From a bacterium (GTDB taxonomy: Bacteria; Patescibacteriota; Microgenomatia; Levybacterales; UBA12049), in the NCBI GenBank assembly GCA_021824155.1, contig JAKALN010000001.1, positions 15 through 64,014 on the forward strand: a stretch of 64,000 nucleotides of DNA. The letters are read 5' to 3'. The stretch's first letter is position 1; each line of letters starts with the position of its first letter. A model generated the notes under the pieces. The model ran no database searches and was not told the DNA's origin. It saw nothing but the letters and a program-made list of their open reading frames with translations. The translations under genes and the position numbers were made by a program. Of this stretch, positions 42,257 to 50,979 are shown one piece after another.

Positions 42257-42994
42257 TTATAAACTGGTGAATTCCAGCATTAGCGGTGAATGGTCGGAAA
42301 CAACATCCGGCAAAACTTTAAAATCCAAAACTTTAACGCCGTTAGATACCAATATATAATCCGCAAACAAATCCCCCATATCATACCTGTCGTAAAGTTT
42401 TGTCCTTGTAGAAGTTACTTTATATTCTTTAACAAGATTTCTTAAATTTTCTTCCAATATCAACAGGCTTTTCGTATCCGGCAACAAATTAAAATCCCCA
42501 GCCAGAATTTTTGCGCCTTTTTGTTTGTCTAAAAATTCTTTTACTTTTTTAGACTGTTCAAGCCTTTCCGGCGTATCGCCTTTTCCCTCTCTTATCCAAA
42601 GGCCGTGCATATGGGAAACAATAATGTCTTTTCCGTTTAGTTTAAACTTTATAAACTGAAGATTTCTTCCCTGGGTTGAGGGATCATTGTCTATCATTGC
42701 GTCCTGAAAGCGGTAAATGAAAAAATCCCCCTCCTCTTCTATATTTATAGTATTTTTAACAAATATAGAAAGACCCATGTTTTCCTGTCTTTTAAAAAAT
42801 CCTTTATGTCGGGGCAATAAATTTTCTATTATCGAATAAACATTTGGGACAGCATCCTGAAAAGTAACAGGATTTTTTCTTCCGTTAAATACTTCCTGGA
42901 AGCAAAAGACATCGGTGTCTTTATTTTCCGATATAAATTTTTTTAAAGGTTCTAAAATTTGTCCGCCCCAAATGTTTAAGGTTATTAATTTCAC
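42257..42994 (-). CDS. endonuclease/exonuclease/phosphatase (EEP) family protein
   Basis: TLNI, DVFCFQE, AGDFN, DYI, SDHSP; GTG 42994 is the likely start. Confidence 0.92.
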   Translation of the reverse strand: MKLITLNIWGGQILEPLKKFISENKDTDVFCFQEVFNGRKNPVTFQDAVPNVYSIIENLLPRHKGFFKRQENMGLSIFVKNTINIEEEGDFFIYRFQDAMIDNDPSTQGRNLQFIKFKLNGKDIIVSHMHGLWIREGKGDTPERLEQSKKVKEFLDKQKGAKILAGDFNLLPDTKSLLILEENLRNLVKEYKVTSTRTKLYDRYDMGDLFADYILVSNGVKVLDFKVLPDVVSDHSPLMLEFTSL

Positions 42995-43044
42995 AAACAA
43001 AATTATATCACGGAAAAAATTCTTAAAAGATCTATAATTAAAAT

Positions 43045-43620
43045 ATGGATATTCTTACAGTTTTAATTCTGCTTGCCCTTTTTATTTACATTATTAATGT
43101 AATTCCGTTTCTTATGCCTCCGACCTGGACTATTCTTGCCTTTTTTTACATAAATTACCATCCGCCTTTTATCCCGGTAATTGTCTTAGGAGCGGGGGCA
43201 GCAACTCTGGGAAGAATTACGCTTTATTATCTTTCCAAAAGATATTTCAGAAGGTTCTTCTCCCAAAAATCCCTTAAGAATTATGACGTTTTGGGAAAAT
43301 TTGTTACAAAAAATGAAAAGTTTTCCATTCCGATTTTTATTACCTATGCTTTTTTCCCTATTTCTTCAAACTATGTTTATATTGCGGCGGGACTTGCAAA
43401 AATAAACATAAAAATTCTTGCGTCTTCGTTTTTTGTGGGAAGGCTTATAAGTTATTCTTTTTGGGTTGCCGCTTCACATTATGCTGTTAGCAGAGTTGAA
43501 GATATTTTTACAAGCCATATAAATAATATCGGAGTAATAGCGGTAGAGCTGATAGGATTTATTATTGTTATTTTAATAGGAAAAATAAACTGGGGGAAAA
43601 TTTTAAAAATCCCGGCCTGA
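43045..43620 (+). CDS. membrane protein, DedA/VTT-like
   Basis: multi-TM, PFLMPP, GA.LG...Y.L.K, F.P......AAGL.K....L...F..GR. Confidence 0.65.
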   Translation: MDILTVLILLALFIYIINVIPFLMPPTWTILAFFYINYHPPFIPVIVLGAGAATLGRITLYYLSKRYFRRFFSQKSLKNYDVLGKFVTKNEKFSIPIFITYAFFPISSNYVYIAAGLAKINIKILASSFFVGRLISYSFWVAASHYAVSRVEDIFTSHINNIGVIAVELIGFIIVILIGKINWGKILKIPA

Positions 43621-43643
43621 AAAACAGGATTAAAAAGGTAAAG

Positions 43644-43970
43644 TTAAAGTTTTCCTGTTAATAAAGCCCTAAGGGGAGAAAGAACAACTGGAGTTTTTCG
43701 GGCTTCCCTTTGTTCTAAAACGGTGTCCGGTTTTAAGGATACTGCCGGCTCGCTGTCAAAACTGCTTATTTGGGCTTCCAAAGAAGCTATCATTCTTCTG
43801 TCTTCAATTGTAAGTCCTCCAAAAGCCGCCTGCTGTTTTAAATCTTCCAATCTTGCCATAGCGGCGTCACGTGATGCTGTTGGAGCTAGCGGTGTATGGG
43901 TTATATTTGCGTCGGGGGCGGGCACAGATTTTCCCTGCGCTTCAAGCGTACGTCTTAAAAATTCTCCCAT
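43644..43970 (-). CDS. hypothetical protein
   Basis: 108 aa ORF, ATG start, fills the intergenic space. Confidence 0.55.
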   Translation of the reverse strand: MGEFLRRTLEAQGKSVPAPDANITHTPLAPTASRDAAMARLEDLKQQAAFGGLTIEDRRMIASLEAQISSFDSEPAVSLKPDTVLEQREARKTPVVLSPLRALLTGKL

Positions 43971-44002
43971 GTCTTAGAATTTAATACTATATCAATCTTT
44001 TG

Positions 44003-44368
44003 TCAAGAAGCTTTTGCTCTACTATTTAAAAAATCCGTACTCACCTTAATTACCGCCTGCGCTCTTTGTGCAGTCACTTTATCGCGGTCCGATTTTTTCT
44101 CTTTTGCCAAAACATAATCCGAAACTTCCGTTGCCAAATCTTTTATAAGCCCAATCCTTTCAAGACCGGGCAAGCCGGAAACGGAAGCAAAAGAAACAGC
44201 ACCGGCCAAAACTCCTCTTTTTGCATACCATTTTGCCTCCGAAATAACGTCAAAACCGTCTTTTGCAAAAGTTTTTGCAATAAACATCCATTCCGTGCCT
44301 TCGGCTATTGCAACCAAATTTCCCATAACGGTTTCGGGAGTTTCATGCCTTGTGCCTTTCTCTGTCAT
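44003..44368 (-). CDS. hypothetical protein
   Basis: 121 aa ORF preceded by TGCTATAAT. Confidence 0.6.
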   Translation of the reverse strand: MTEKGTRHETPETVMGNLVAIAEGTEWMFIAKTFAKDGFDVISEAKWYAKRGVLAGAVSFASVSGLPGLERIGLIKDLATEVSDYVLAKEKKSDRDKVTAQRAQAVIKVSTDFLNSRAKAS

Positions 44369-44488
44369 AACAAGGAGGAATTATAGCACTAATTAAATTA
44401 AAGATTAAAGATTTATGGTTTATGAAGAAAAAACCAAGAAGTCAAAGCGAGGCTTTTTATAGTTCTATAATTATGGTATAATTTTGCC

Positions 44489-44614
44489 ATGAATAAGAAA
44501 AGCATAAAGTTCCTAAAAGAAAATAAATCTAGTAAAAAAAGAGAGATTAAACAATATACTAAAGAAGCTGTTTCTTTGTACGAAAAAACTCTTCGTAAAT
44601 TGGCCTATACCTAA
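44489..44614 (+). CDS. putative 41 aa antitoxin of Doc (not in ORF track)
   Basis: MNKKSIKFLKENKSSKKREIKQYTKEAVSLYEKTLRKLAYT; TGGTATAAT 6 nt upstream; stop abuts the doc ATG; Y..TL.KLA tail resembles Doc-neutralising helices. Confidence 0.7.
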   Translation: MNKKSIKFLKENKSSKKREIKQYTKEAVSLYEKTLRKLAYT

Positions 44615-45043
44615 ATGGCAAGGGATATTTATTATTTAAACCTCGAAGACATAAAAGAGCTTTGTTTTAATCTTGTAACTGAATTATTACAATTCCAGGA
44701 ACCAATTCCCGAATTTGAAACAAGATTCCCTGCCAAACTTGAATCTGTTCTGGAAACTCCAAGACAAACTTTTGGAGAGGATGAACTCTATCCAACTTTA
44801 TTTGATAAAGCTGCTTGTTATTTTTATTTTATTATCAAAAATCATCCTTTCCTAAATGGTAATAAAAGAATGGCAATTGTAACGACTTATGTTTTCTTAA
44901 AGGTGAACGGCTACATATTTTCAGCCCCATGGAAAATTATGTATTCTTTTGCAATTGAAATGGCAAATTCTTCAGAAGACCATAAAAAAGAATTTAAAAA
45001 AGTATTAACATTCATAAAGAAATACTCTAAAAAGAGTAAATAA
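44615..45043 (+). CDS. doc: death-on-curing (Doc/Fic) family toxin
   Basis: P.QTF....LYP.L..KAA, Doc-type motif HPFLNGNKR. Confidence 0.9.
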   Translation: MARDIYYLNLEDIKELCFNLVTELLQFQEPIPEFETRFPAKLESVLETPRQTFGEDELYPTLFDKAACYFYFIIKNHPFLNGNKRMAIVTTYVFLKVNGYIFSAPWKIMYSFAIEMANSSEDHKKEFKKVLTFIKKYSKKSK

Positions 45044-45131
45044 AACCCTGTAGTAAGCAGATATACTAGTATATCTGCAATGTATCATGCACTAACCTAT
45101 GATACAGTAACCAGTAAACCAAGAAGTCGAA

Positions 45132-45554
45132 TTAGCTTCCGGAAAAAACTCTTCTTGGGGAAGGGCCCGGAAGATGAAAAATAATTTCATGGACTCTGAT
45201 ACTTTTGCCATCTTCCGAAGGTCCGGAAACTAAAACCGTGGCAGCATCTTGCGGTATTAATTGCGTTTTTCCTCCCGGAACAAATTCTCTTTTTCCCGAT
45301 GAATTATTAAAATATCCAACATTACTATCTTTGGGAAGAGCCCTATAAATGGCAGTTCCGTCTTCTTTAACAAGCAAATTATGCCTGTGAGTATTTCTTG
45401 TCCAGGAGGCAGGAGTTAAATCGTATTCTCCTTCGGGAAGAGGTACGACCCTTTCCATATTCCTTATTATAGTTTCTATTGCCCACTTCTGCGGGTCCCG
45501 CTTTGTAAATTCAAAAGGAATACCGCCTTCAAAATGTAACCGTTCGATAGTCAT
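45132..45554 (-). CDS. hypothetical protein
   Basis: 140 aa ORF with ATG start; no family recognised. Confidence 0.6.
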   Translation of the reverse strand: MTIERLHFEGGIPFEFTKRDPQKWAIETIIRNMERVVPLPEGEYDLTPASWTRNTHRHNLLVKEDGTAIYRALPKDSNVGYFNNSSGKREFVPGGKTQLIPQDAATVLVSGPSEDGKSIRVHEIIFHLPGPSPRRVFSGS

Positions 45555-45632
45555 TTCAGTCCGATAGTATAGAAGTTAGAGTTTAAGAAGTCAAATTAAA
45601 ATTTGCAATTATATTTTAAATATTACAATAAT

Positions 45633-45655
45633 AAAAGCAGGGGTAAACCCCTGCC
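45633..45655 (-). terminator. intrinsic terminator of the YjzC-like gene
   Basis: minus strand GCAGGGG-TTTA-CCCCTGC-TTTTA. Confidence 0.75.
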
Positions 45656-45662
45656 AGACGAC

Positions 45663-45842
45663 TTATTTTTTACGCTCATGAGGCGTTCGCTCAACGAGAG
45701 TAAATTGTTGTCGTACTCCTACCGGATTCGGTGGGACTTTTTTACCTTCAACGAAGGTAAATTCGTCACTCCCTCCAGAGGGTCTATAAATACCTGAAAC
45801 AGGTACTTCTTCACCCGTATGGACTACTACTTTTTTAGTCAT
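45663..45842 (-). CDS. small YjzC-like protein (59 aa, not in ORF track)
   Basis: MTKKVVVHTGEEVPVSGIYRPSGGSDEFTFVEGKKVPPNPVGVRQQFTLVERTPHERKK; strong SD AAGGAGGT; GE..P.SG.Y...E.T...G...PP pattern. Confidence 0.75.
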   Translation of the reverse strand: MTKKVVVHTGEEVPVSGIYRPSGGSDEFTFVEGKKVPPNPVGVRQQFTLVERTPHERKK

Positions 45843-45985
45843 ATCAACCTCCTTTCTCGCTTTAAAGCGTGAGTTTAGAGAATTAAATCTCTTTTGAGCG
45901 CTAGCAATTGAAAAGAGGTTAGCAAGAGGTTTATCCCCTGTAGTAATATTTTACCGTAAGGATTCGGGGGTTTGCAAGGGATATT

Positions 45986-48514
45986 TTAAGAATTTTCTAC
46001 AATTTTTATTTCTTCTGGAGTTAAATCGTAAAGCTTGTAAACTTCTCCATCAATTTTTTTATCAGTTTTATCTATTTCTTCTTTTATTGAATTCCATTTA
46101 TTTGATCCTTCGGGAAAACTGAATAGTTCCTTATTCAACTTCAACATTTTACTGACAGGGTCCTCAAAAATCTTAATTTTTTGTTTTTCGTTAGGATAAA
46201 TTATTGGAATTTCCCTTAACTGTTCTATTCTAATTTTTGGGAAAATTTTAGTGTCTGGGGAAATGTAGGTTTTAAAATAAAATCTATAAAGCTTAGAGTT
46301 TAAAATTGCTAATACAAATAATAAAGAAGAATTATTTGTTGTTTTAAGATTATACAAACTTCTTGTGGTTATAACTCCTTCCTCCTCATAAGAAGCAATT
46401 ATTGAATCTCCTGTTTCTCTTACAATTATTTTTGGAGGAGAAAAAATATTATTTGTTTTTTGATATTTATCAAAGGTTTCGCTGTTGATATAACCAGAGG
46501 ATTTTATAACATATCTACCTATATCTCTTCCTGAAAAGCACTTAATTTTTCCTTCACTTTTTATTTTATCTTGTCCGATCTCAAGACCCCTTCGAATAAT
46601 ACTTAAAGCCCCCAATTTTACCATTTGATGCCTACGAAAAATATCTATTTTACTTTCAAAAAAATCTTTATTAGATTCATTTTGTTGTTTAGTTAAATTT
46701 AAAATACAAGTTGGCATATTTACGTTAGCAAAAACTCTATCGCCCATTTCTTTTAAAGTCACTTCTTTTGAATTTTCATTAATATATTTTCTTAGAGGTT
46801 GATACTCTAAACCTTTTAAGAATAAACTAGGAATAATGAACCCTAAATTCCCAAATGTTTTTAAATTATTAATAGACATTTCGATAAAAATCGAAAACAG
46901 ATCAAAATAACCTGAAGCTAAAATATATTTGTTTTTGAAAAAATTTACGTCCTCTTTCTTTAAAGAATACATATTTACGTAAGGCGGATTTCCTATTACC
47001 ACATCGAAGCCTCCTTGTTGAAAAATTTTTGGAAATTGTTCTTTAAAGTTAAAAGGTTTTTTCTTTCTGAAGTCTTTACCGAAATATTTTTCTAATTCTT
47101 TATCTGTTCCTGAAATTAAAGAATTCCCGTTTTTTATATTACTATTCAATGAAGGCAATTCTCCTTTTTCTCTCAATGTGTTTATCAATAGATTTAGTTT
47201 TGCAATTTCAACAGCTTGTTCATCTAAATCAACTCCAAAAATATTATCTAAGAGAATTTGTTTTCTTAAATTTTCATCGTCCTCATAATTAAATTCTATG
47301 TATTTTTCAACAATTACCTCCAAGGCTTTTACTAAAAAAGAACCTGAGCCGCATGCTGGATCTAATACTTTAATTTTTTTTAAATCATTAACGCTAACGC
47401 ATTTATCTAAAACTGGTTTTAGGGCATTTCTTACAATGTAATCAACTATAAAAGCAGGCGTATAATAAATACCTTGTTCTTTCCTTTTTCCCGCAGCTTT
47501 ATCTAAGCTTAAACCTTTTTGCGATTGAGATAATTTATATCCTAAATAATTCTCATATACACTACCTAGAATATCAGCCGGAATGACTTTAAAGTCATAT
47601 TCATTATAGCCCTCAGTTCCATATAAAATTTTTATGACCTTCTTTGTAGAATCTCCATAGTCTACCCAATTTTCAAAAGGATGTGGGGAAAAAAGATTAG
47701 AGTTATATACTTTATCAAGCTCTCTAAATTTTGAAATCATAAAAGCATAAAGGGGCTTTTTTCTATCACTATTTTCCCAAGATCTTAAAAGTGGAATTAG
47801 CGTTGAAGGTTCAATACCTCTATCCTCCGCAACTCTAATAAAAATTAATCTATCTAAAAGTCTTTGAACTCCTTCATCTAATAATTCCTTATCTATTCCC
47901 TCATTCATGACATTTAAATCATTTGTTAATATTTCTCTGCATTTATTAAAATCTTTGTACAATGAATCCGTAATCGGAGATTTTATAATTTTTTTGCCAA
48001 CTCTTTCTGCTTCTTTATCTAGAAGGTTATTTAAAAAAGAATCCTTCGACAAAAGCCAGAGTTGTTCGAATCTCTCTAAATATTCATCATAATTAATACT
48101 AAAAAATAATTTATCTCCTAAGTACTTTGACGCTGCTTTTGCATTAAAAACCTTCAGTCCCTCAAAATCAGTTAAAATTGCCCATGTAACATCTCTATTC
48201 CAAGAGTATCTAATTGCTTGCCTTGCATATTCTTCCTGATTTAAATCGGCTTTTAATGGCTTTGCTTCAATATAAAGCTTAGCTCTCCCATTTATATAAA
48301 GCCCAAAATCAACTCGACCTGATGATAAAATACTTTCTTCAGCTGAAACCTCCTCCTTATTTGAGAAATCCCAACCCAATACTTCAAATAGTGGTTTTAT
48401 AAAAGCATTTTTTGTTTCTTCTTCTGTGTAGCTCTTGATTTTCCCAGAGGTTTTCACTTGCTCGTATTTAGCAATTAATTTCTTAACTTCTTCTTTAGCT
48501 TGTTCCTTATTCAT
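45986..48514 (-). CDS. type IIG (Eco57I-like) fused restriction endonuclease / N6-adenine methyltransferase
   Basis: N-terminal nuclease GRVD...IEAK, GIYYTP, motif I VLDPACGSGSF, motif IV GNPPY, C-terminal TRD (LAILNSKL); AT-rich. Confidence 0.92.
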   Translation of the reverse strand: MNKEQAKEEVKKLIAKYEQVKTSGKIKSYTEEETKNAFIKPLFEVLGWDFSNKEEVSAEESILSSGRVDFGLYINGRAKLYIEAKPLKADLNQEEYARQAIRYSWNRDVTWAILTDFEGLKVFNAKAASKYLGDKLFFSINYDEYLERFEQLWLLSKDSFLNNLLDKEAERVGKKIIKSPITDSLYKDFNKCREILTNDLNVMNEGIDKELLDEGVQRLLDRLIFIRVAEDRGIEPSTLIPLLRSWENSDRKKPLYAFMISKFRELDKVYNSNLFSPHPFENWVDYGDSTKKVIKILYGTEGYNEYDFKVIPADILGSVYENYLGYKLSQSQKGLSLDKAAGKRKEQGIYYTPAFIVDYIVRNALKPVLDKCVSVNDLKKIKVLDPACGSGSFLVKALEVIVEKYIEFNYEDDENLRKQILLDNIFGVDLDEQAVEIAKLNLLINTLREKGELPSLNSNIKNGNSLISGTDKELEKYFGKDFRKKKPFNFKEQFPKIFQQGGFDVVIGNPPYVNMYSLKKEDVNFFKNKYILASGYFDLFSIFIEMSINNLKTFGNLGFIIPSLFLKGLEYQPLRKYINENSKEVTLKEMGDRVFANVNMPTCILNLTKQQNESNKDFFESKIDIFRRHQMVKLGALSIIRRGLEIGQDKIKSEGKIKCFSGRDIGRYVIKSSGYINSETFDKYQKTNNIFSPPKIIVRETGDSIIASYEEEGVITTRSLYNLKTTNNSSLLFVLAILNSKLYRFYFKTYISPDTKIFPKIRIEQLREIPIIYPNEKQKIKIFEDPVSKMLKLNKELFSFPEGSNKWNSIKEEIDKTDKKIDGEVYKLYDLTPEEIKIVENS

Positions 48515-48620
48515 TTAAAGCCTATAGGTGGATAATAGCACTTTATGGTTCGACTTTCTAGCTCAACATCGTCCTTTTTACCTACATCCTATTTTTTTCT
48601 ATGCCACTTTCCATTAATCT

Positions 48621-48896
48621 TTATACCTTTACTCCTTTTTCCAATTCTTTTATTTTTCGTTCCATTTTTTTCATCCGTTTTTCCGCAATTTGCATTTCTT
48701 TATAAAGAAAAATAATAAAAGCACCAGACAAAGTTAAGAAAAATATTTGAAAAGAAAAATTACCTCTAACAAAAAGGTCGTAAATTATATTTCCGGTAAT
48801 ACCGAATAATAAACCAAAAAACAAGGCAAGAATAAATAAGCCCGTGTTTCTTTCCTTTTCTCTTATTTCTTTAAGTTCAGATTTTAAGGCTTTCAT
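48621..48896 (-). CDS. 2-TM coiled-coil protein, last gene of the Ubl operon
   Basis: two hydrophobic helices flanked by charged helices; starts 1 nt after the E1 stop. Confidence 0.7.
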   Translation of the reverse strand: MKALKSELKEIREKERNTGLFILALFFGLLFGITGNIIYDLFVRGNFSFQIFFLTLSGAFIIFLYKEMQIAEKRMKKMERKIKELEKGVKV

Positions 48897-48897
48897 A

Positions 48898-49758
48898 TTA
48901 TCTTAGGATTTTATCAATTCCATTTTTGGGGTAACGTTCAATATCTGCTTTATCTCCATTTCCTAATACAGTTTTGCAATAGTAACAATCCTGAATTGGA
49001 TCTATATTTTTGGTTAAAATACTTAAATCTCCTCTATAGGTGAGGTATTTATTTACTTTTCTAATACTAGTAACTGCTGATATGAATTCTGAAACAGCTA
49101 TTGAAGCTATAGTACCATTTAATGAAACTACAGCTGGACCCGTATTTTTTATTACTTCTTTTGGAATTCCATATATGTTATCCTCTGCTGAGCGGTCCGC
49201 AGGGGTTGATAAATCTCTTCTAATTTCCTCTGAAGATAACAAGCCTCTACAGAATAAGCAACCAGGCTCAGAGTTTGAAAAAACTACTCTTCCGCCCCAA
49301 TCATCCTTTGAGATTTGAGAGGCTAGATCAAAATAATTTATTTTATAAGCTTTTGAAAATTCAGTTAAAACTAATCTAGCTCCGTCCTTATCTACGCATC
49401 CAAAAATGTAATTTACACGTTTTAATGCTTTTATACTAATTTCCGAAATAAAGCTGTCTCCAACACTATAGACAGACATATCTTCTGATATAAATTTTAG
49501 GTTTCTTTCTGCAATATTAACCTTTAAGTTATTTATGTCTTTTTCATTAGCACCTATCAACCTATTTAGATTTGTTTTGCTTACTATATCAGCATCAATT
49601 AAAACAAAATCCTTAACCCCCAAATACGCTAATTGTTGAGCAACATGAGATCCAATTCCGCCTAAGCCAACAATAGCTACTCTTGTTTTTTCAATTTCCA
49701 TCTGACCTTTTATGCCAACCCATAATATATTTCTGTTATATTTATTGTTCTCATCCAT
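48898..49758 (-). CDS. E1-like ThiF family adenylyltransferase
   Basis: GLGGIGS, DAD.V..TNLNR, GCVD, Zn sites CLFC and CYYC. Confidence 0.92.
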   Translation of the reverse strand: MDENNKYNRNILWVGIKGQMEIEKTRVAIVGLGGIGSHVAQQLAYLGVKDFVLIDADIVSKTNLNRLIGANEKDINNLKVNIAERNLKFISEDMSVYSVGDSFISEISIKALKRVNYIFGCVDKDGARLVLTEFSKAYKINYFDLASQISKDDWGGRVVFSNSEPGCLFCRGLLSSEEIRRDLSTPADRSAEDNIYGIPKEVIKNTGPAVVSLNGTIASIAVSEFISAVTSIRKVNKYLTYRGDLSILTKNIDPIQDCYYCKTVLGNGDKADIERYPKNGIDKILR

Positions 49759-50257
49759 ATTTTTTTTGAAAGGAAATATTTGTAGGTTTTAAAAATTTTT
49801 TGTTTACGATGATTGAATTTAACCTAACCGAAGTATTGCCATCTTTCAACCACACTTTGGCGTCAAAATCGCTTCGTCCAAAAACAAGTGCAATATAAGG
49901 TTTTTTTTCTAATCTCCAGAAAATATAAGGTACAAATTCTGCCAGCTCAGACAAATCAAATTCAGAGAACGTAGTATTGGAAAAAGAAAACGGATGTGAA
50001 TGAATTTCACAAAGGGAAAAATTTTTCAAAAAAGCTTTTTTTATTATTTTGGAAATTATTTCATCCTTTGTTTCTAAATAATACCTATCCTCATTGTCAT
50101 CAATATATATAAAATCTCCGACCTCAAAAATTAAAGACGTAGTGTTTTCTGAGTAAGTCAAGAACAAAAAAATATTTTGTTCAAATCTACTCTCATCCAA
50201 AAATTTTTTGATTTTTAAGAAGTCTTTTTTTTTAAATTTGAGAAATATACTTTTCAT
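49751..50257 (-). CDS. JAB/MPN metallopeptidase
   Basis: N-terminal Glu (FEQ) and EIHSHP....TFSEFD (HxH...SxxD). Confidence 0.85.
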   Translation of the reverse strand: MKSIFLKFKKKDFLKIKKFLDESRFEQNIFLFLTYSENTTSLIFEVGDFIYIDDNEDRYYLETKDEIISKIIKKAFLKNFSLCEIHSHPFSFSNTTFSEFDLSELAEFVPYIFWRLEKKPYIALVFGRSDFDAKVWLKDGNTSVRLNSIIVNKKFLKPTNISFQKKYG

Positions 50258-50646
50258 GATTCCTCCTTAAATCTTTCTTTAAAACTTCTAACGAAGTTTA
50301 GTAGATTGCTTCCTGAATTTATATCTGAAGTTGGTTTCCAAGAGTTATCTTGAACCCAGGAAAATTTCCCCCATTCGTTTCCAAAAGGTGTAGATACCGG
50401 CTCGGTATAACTTCCTGGGATGGACTGTTCATTTGCTTTTATTCTTATTCCCCTTGGAACATAAAAAGCATAAGGAGGCTCTCCGGGATATCCAATCGGA
50501 ATTTGGAAACATATATTCACAATATCCCTATTCCAAGCATTACTAGAAATTTTAAAATTGTTAATAAAAATCCAGCCATCTTTATACTCGAGATCGCCAA
50601 ATTCTTTTTTTAGAATTTCTAATTCTTTTTTAATTCTTTCATTCAT
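50254..50646 (-). CDS. prokaryotic E2/UBC-like protein (Prok-E2_E-like)
   Basis: IP.GYP..PP..FY, W..FSW....W.P, L..F pattern; operon context. Confidence 0.8.
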   Translation of the reverse strand: MNERIKKELEILKKEFGDLEYKDGWIFINNFKISSNAWNRDIVNICFQIPIGYPGEPPYAFYVPRGIRIKANEQSIPGSYTEPVSTPFGNEWGKFSWVQDNSWKPTSDINSGSNLLNFVRSFKERFKEES

Positions 50647-50870
50647 CCTCTTTTATATTGAACTTTTTTTCCATACCTATGACCGGGTTTAAGAGTAACA
50701 ATGTCATCTTCCGCAAGAGTTTTCTCATTTCCCTGAGGATCTATTTCAATTACTGGTTGTTCGGAGGGTAATCCTCCCAAACTTCTTATTTCTGGGACAG
50801 TAATAGTTTCCTTATCCCAAGGATACTCAGTTCCCTCAATTTCAATAAAATATTTTGGCCCGTTTCCCAT
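50643..50870 (-). CDS. ubiquitin-like (multi-ubiquitin/beta-grasp domain) protein ending in Gly
   Basis: I.IEG..Y.W....IT..EI..LGG.P, ..V.L.PG; C-terminus KRG; SD AGGAGGT upstream of ATG 50870. Confidence 0.8.
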   Translation of the reverse strand: MGNGPKYFIEIEGTEYPWDKETITVPEIRSLGGLPSEQPVIEIDPQGNEKTLAEDDIVTLKPGHRYGKKVQYKRG

Positions 50871-50904
50871 TTTTCTTTTCACCTCCTTTTTACTACTTGA
50901 ATTT

Positions 50905-50935
50905 TTGTAAAAAGTGTTGTATTATTTTTACAACA
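50905..50935. promoter_or_regulatory. overlapping inverted repeats, candidate operator in the divergent promoter
   Basis: TGTTGTA-N7-TACAACA (50915-50935) overlapping TTGTAAAAA-N11-TTTTTACAA (50905-50933). Confidence 0.6.
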
Positions 50936-50979
50936 ATAGAATTAAAAAGTCAAGCAATAAGATCTGATATAATCATGCT

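Noticed and set aside
45603-45797. 64 aa plus-strand ORF
   Set aside because: Antisense to the better supported YjzC-like gene, which has an SD, promoter and terminator.
45046-45946. 11-bp direct repeat CCCTGTAGTAA at 45046 and 45936
   Set aside because: Short enough to be chance, and it does not delimit a coherent unit.
48898-50870. Thiamine/molybdopterin sulfur-carrier operon or CBASS
   Set aside because: An E2 is present, there are no cofactor biosynthesis genes, the Ubl lacks a ThiS/MoaD GG end, and there is no CD-NTase.
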